Positions 58,901 through 64,000 of a stretch of DNA of 64,000 nt are shown in pieces; positions within the stretch are counted from its first letter, which is position 1; every line of letters starts with the position of its first letter. The notes beneath the pieces are model-generated. The model searched no databases. It was not told the DNA's origin and was given only the letters and a program-made list of their open reading frames with translations. A program made the translations under genes and the position numbers. This DNA is from Ophelia neglecta (lineage: Eukaryota): contig OZ260661.1 in NCBI GenBank assembly GCA_965285935.1, forward strand, positions 98,146,001 through 98,210,000, given 5' to 3'.

Positions 58901-61900
58901 GATGATGCGTAATGGAGCAGGTTAGGGATGCCGGAAGAGCGGCGTATGATTTTTGGAGCACTTGGCCGCCTTCAACATCGTCATGCCATTCTTCCATAAA
59001 GTGCTCATTTAGGCGTGTCTTAGAGAGTGCTATCATCACTCATCTGACCAAATAAAACTTTATAAACAGTTGAAGGCATTTTATGACTCCAAATTTATCA
59101 CAACTCGCTACTCTGGCCTTTAACAGATGATAGTGAATGGGGGCGATGTAATGTCTTTACCATGTTATTTTCTTATGGAAAACTCGCAGGCTTAATTATG
59201 TCAATCAGACAAGTCTGATGCGTCACGTGATTTCGGTAATGTATCGTCTGGTTCCAAGTAAAGGCTAGGGGCCATATGGTGAAGCTTTGTGACTGGTGTG
59301 ACCCGTGTCCATTATTTAAGGTTACCTGCAAATGTTGTAAATGGACGACGAGCGCAGGCAAAATGTCACGAAAATACCACACAATTTGCTCCAATAGACT
59401 GTAATGGCTGCTTTAGCCGAGGGAAAACAAATCCGTTCAGTCACGCCACCGTCTGCCCTGGTTATTTTCATTAATCGCGCGTTGATGGTTAAGCAAATTT
59501 CCTGCGATGTATAAACCATTTACCTTTGAGAGACCCACGGGATCTTCCCATATAACCAACAATAAAGCTATTAAGTATTTTGCCCCCGCAATAATAGTCT
59601 ATTATCTGATTAAGTTAGTAGTTTGCCCAGCACTCAATGGGACCGCCGGCACAGATTGCTGTCGAGTATTGACTTTTCCTTGATGTCTGAGCAGCGATCG
59701 CAGTGTTCCTCGGGCACGGGGCTTTGTTTTGGGGATATCGGGTTTGTAAGTTGATCTTCTAACGCGAGGCTTGCCATGCGGACGAAACTAGTAAGAATGG
59801 TGCATGAACTTTGTTACCTCTATACTCTTAAAACAACGGGGAGCGATTGTTGCGATTCATTGATCCGCAGACGACAATAATGCACAGACTTCCCGCGCGA
59901 TAATGGGCTCGACTATCAATATTAGCCAATTCTAATCTTGTTCCATTAGGAGTGTAAGTAACACCATATAAAGGCACGTTTTGCTGTAATAAACCGCCAT
60001 TTCCCGTTTAATATAGCGCTCTTTGATACTTTCTTTAAACATTTTTTTCTGTTGGTTAACACTTGTCGAGAACTTTCCTGTGTGAGAAGAATGAGCACAA
60101 CAATGTCTCGTGACTGGCATCCGTAAGCCAACACTTTCTCCGATGCTCTCATCTCCATCACACGAGAAACAATAAGTTAAGATCAAAAGAATAGTGTTCA
60201 GTAGAGAGCTTGTATAGAGTTTATAGTTTAAACAAATCCAAAAAAATCACTACAAGACTGACGTTTTTCCTGTCACTATACTTAGGCAACAGGAAGAATT
60301 TACAAAATTCTTAAGAATCTTTCCAAGAAGCTCTCGAGAATACTCCCAACGAGAACCTGCAAGTTAGGTCTCATCCAACACAGATAGGCCTAAACTCTAA
60401 CAGAAACAGTAAATAAGGCCTAAACGAACAAGGAAAATATTTCAGAAAGTTTTTCAAAACCAAAACCGGAGCCTTTACACAAAAATTTGGCCCAAAAATA
60501 GAATTATATGGGAAATCCTCTAGAAATGTCCCTAGCCACATTGTCTGAAAATTATATTTAGAATAGGCCTACAGGCCTATATAGGCCTACCTATAATGCA
60601 TGAATAGGGAAGATATAAACATATAATAGGCGTATAAACCTATATATAGCCCTGTCAATTTATGCTGTGGCATATTGTTTCTTTTATCAAACATGGATTA
60701 CATATCAGTATAGGACTATAGATTTCCAATCTCCATAAAGTGTCACAAGGAACTTTTGCAAGTCTGAGAGCTCAAACTCAATGCTATAGGCCTGTCATAT
60801 TAACATATCTGGCAGAAAGTTACGTAGAATGTGTACCATTAGGCCTAGTATGGGCTAGAACATGGTTAAATCAGATATGAGGCTTATGGCAGGCCACACG
60901 ATTGTCATAATAGGCCCATGCATATATATGGTACGGTAAGTATGGGGACGATGATAGGCCTATTCTTTTATATGAGAGGCTGTGCCTTGTAAAATATGTT
61001 GTCTTCACCGATACCCCCCTATTGCACACGTTTGATCAGTTAATGCAAAGCTCACACGAGAATAACACTGGACTGGGGACCCCCCCCTCTCATACTCCGG
61101 GAGGGAGCAGTCACCCCGCAACCCTTATCGACTCAATCTCTTGAGCAAGACATGTGGCCGGGGACCTGGTCCCTGTACCCCTGTGTATCCCCGGGACCTC
61201 AATCCACGGAGCAGGGAAGCCAGCCTTCGATCAGTTCCTCGAGCACCTAGCTTCAGGGTGGCATGAGAGGACGGACCACACACGGGCAGTGATACTTTCT
61301 AATCTACAAATTTATCACGTGCATTCACATATCCGTAATTATGTTCACATCTTGTCTGTAAACTTCTTATTGAAACGCGTTCTTTTGACGTGTTACGAGG
61401 CAAGCCGCGCATGCTTGAGTAACTTCCACTCCATTTGCCTCTCATACAAATCGACAAATTGAAATATTTCTCCACTTGAAATAAAATGCGGTAAAATGTT
61501 TACTATCAAATTATTTTCTTAATTAAGGCGTGAATATCTATGATAACAACCATCTATCACAGATTCACATGTGGATACAATAGAAAAAGATACACGAATA
61601 CCACTCGGTAAACATTCCCGTTCGTGTGATGTACCGGTTTACAGCGAACGATGGACAAATTCTTTCAGATGCCTCATTGAAAAGGGTCGGCCTTGCTAAA
61701 TGCCCGTTTATCCCAAGTAAAATATTGATTCGTGAAAATCATTTGAATGTATCATGCCCTATCATTATCATAGCGGCTCGATTGTGATAAAGCCCGATAC
61801 GAGCTCATTTCAGTCAATATTATGTACCATTACAAGCTCGCTCGCTAAATCTTTTCAGTCCAGTAAGAGACACATTTTTAATTTGAAGTGCAAATATACA

Positions 61901-63889
61901 TCATTAGAATTCTAGCAAAATCCAATTTAGCTGCTTTATACCTTGGCAAATGCGAGTGTTTATTCAGGAAACTTTAACAAGAAATTAGACTCAGGGCTCT
62001 TGGCATTCTCAAACAAGGATTTCGACAAGTCGCGAAATGGCGGCCATTAGACAAACGATGTCATTCACAAAATGAAGCGATAAAGATTCAATTAGCATCG
62101 CAGTGCCCCCACAGGTGTGGAAAGGCCATTTAAACAAACTATTCTGTCTCATCAATGGTCTATTTAAAAATACAGTTTACCTAAATTCCGAAATATTTAC
62201 ATGGGATGTTCATGAAAAGATCGCTACAGCCTTATACGTGCCGGCCCCTCACTAAATTTCGCACTGACACACACCTTCGGAAAATTATACGGTACAGAGA
62301 AACGGCAAAAAGCATGTTCACTAAGTCAGCTCAAATCCTCGCTGAATAAAAGAGGAGGAAAAGTACATAATAATTACAGGTTTTATATTTGTAATTTTAC
62401 ACCTGAATGGAATGTATCGACAACTTGAAAAGCGGGAGGAATTTCACCGATGGAGGAGAAACGGGAAACTGAACGAACTTAAGTCTCTGGAAATATTTAG
62501 AAATAGGATGCGAGGAACAGGGGTGGCATTCGACCACAATTTGTTTGAGGAAAATGTACTTGAACACTTATATATTAACCATATAGGCCGCCCTCTTTAC
62601 AGCTAAACAATATCAATTAAAGGTCCTCATCCCAAATTGATTAGTATGCAAAAAAAAATATCAGCGATTATCTATTACAGTTGATGTTCTGTTTCATTTT
62701 TTAGTAGCTTACCATTCATAAAAAAAAACCCAAAACCATAGGCCGGTGCCTATCATAATCATTTTAATATTTAGTCAAAATCCATGCCAACTTTACTTGA
62801 AGTCGTTATAACAATAAAAATAAGGTACGCGAGAATAATCTCACTTTGAAATATAGCCACTACATGTACATTGGTGTTACGGGACTTCTTAATCCCATTC
62901 GATATATATACAGTCATATAGCTCTAAATGGCTTTTAACGCATAAAATAGTCCAAAAGAACAGTCATAAAAGATCGAGTAAATATAAGACGACAGACCGG
63001 ACGCATTGTTTGTTTGGCAAACTGTGTCAATTCTAGAACCGACATTTTGGGACTGGCGTAAGTGACTTCGGTAAAATATTTCCGTTTCCTGTATAAAGTT
63101 TATGGCAATCAGGCCGTTTGGTCGTAATTCAAGAAGTGTCACTGACGAATGGCTTTTATAGTCCGAGGAAGAACAGAATGACATTGTTAGAACAACTGCA
63201 GAGTGACTGGTCTGGTGTCTTTGAGAATACTAGGGAAGAGCAATATAGGTTTTTGATATATAATTTTTACTTCTTTAAAGTCTTCACATTTAGTTTTGTA
63301 TTAGGCTTAATCCATATTCAGTAAAACAATGATACCCTACAGAATAATCCTAGTAAACACATCGAATAGCCAACCATAGTAGACATCATCAAATAGCCCA
63401 CATCAAGTATAAGCAGTAAATTGTGTTCCTATGCAGTATATAGATATTAATTGGGCTACATCATTAAGCACAAATAATATACTTAAGTACACAAGTATAG
63501 TCGATAAACTTTCAGCACTAGCTTATACATAATTTTTTTATAGCTAAATATCTGTGGCGCCTATAACCTTATAATTTGCAGGTGAATATTATAGACAGTT
63601 CCATCGCATGTGTCTATACTGAATGAAAAACTTTTGGCCCAATTACACATTACACATGATGTATACTACATGTATACAGCGTTCACTTTGTGTACAAACC
63701 GTAGTTTATTTATATTTATTACTAACTATATATATATACAGTAGGCTTGAAGCTTTTGCGAAACAGACATTCCTTGGGTAAATTGGAATTGCTGTGGGCT
63801 GAAATGAAGATGTCCGCTACCATTCTATTGTATGTTTGTTATAGTTAGTGGTATGGCACAATGAAGTTTGCCACTAGTTGTAGGTTTTG

Positions 63890-63905
63890 TCTCCAGGGGG
63901 CACCA
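63890..63905 (+). promoter_or_regulatory. CTCF-like motif
   Basis: TCTCCAGGGGGCACCA. Confidence 0.35.
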
Positions 63906-64000
63906 TAAACTGACCTCATCATCTGTGGTTGACAAATGGTGCAGGCATTCGGCGGTAACAGAAAGTCGTTAACTTGGGCTGTGAACAATGTCTGCCACGC

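Noticed and set aside
50064-63324. Many 60-107 aa ORFs upstream of Emx
   Set aside because: No recognisable domains, mostly non-ATG starts, lengths expected by chance.

Overview
Animal (invertebrate, probably lophotrochozoan) nuclear DNA in three zones. (1) 1-16.9 kb is a patchwork tandem array. It is built from Helentron/HINE-type termini, decayed CR1/L2-like reverse-transcriptase fragments and CpG-rich minisatellites. It also holds four diverged but still open copies, plus two internally deleted copies, of a small ORF with the H-x4-H / S-x-F / IG-x-DG / ITAYP pattern of bacterial polymorphic-toxin-type ribonucleases. A full-length, apparently intact 5.34 kb two-ORF LINE (RTE-X-like) sits at the junction of two near-identical units with a 7-bp TSD. 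Its ORF1 and ORF2 are in the same frame, separated by a single TAG, with no AUG before the endonuclease domain. (2) 17.9-20.2 kb is an intronless Toll-like receptor on the minus strand, bracketed by diverged direct repeats. (3) 23-64 kb is gene-poor and contains one three-exon Emx/empty-spiracles homeobox gene (minus strand, 49344-34468), a truncated LINE, a MITE with an 8-bp TSD, minisatellites and CTCF-like motifs. All family assignments come from reading motifs by eye; no database search was run.
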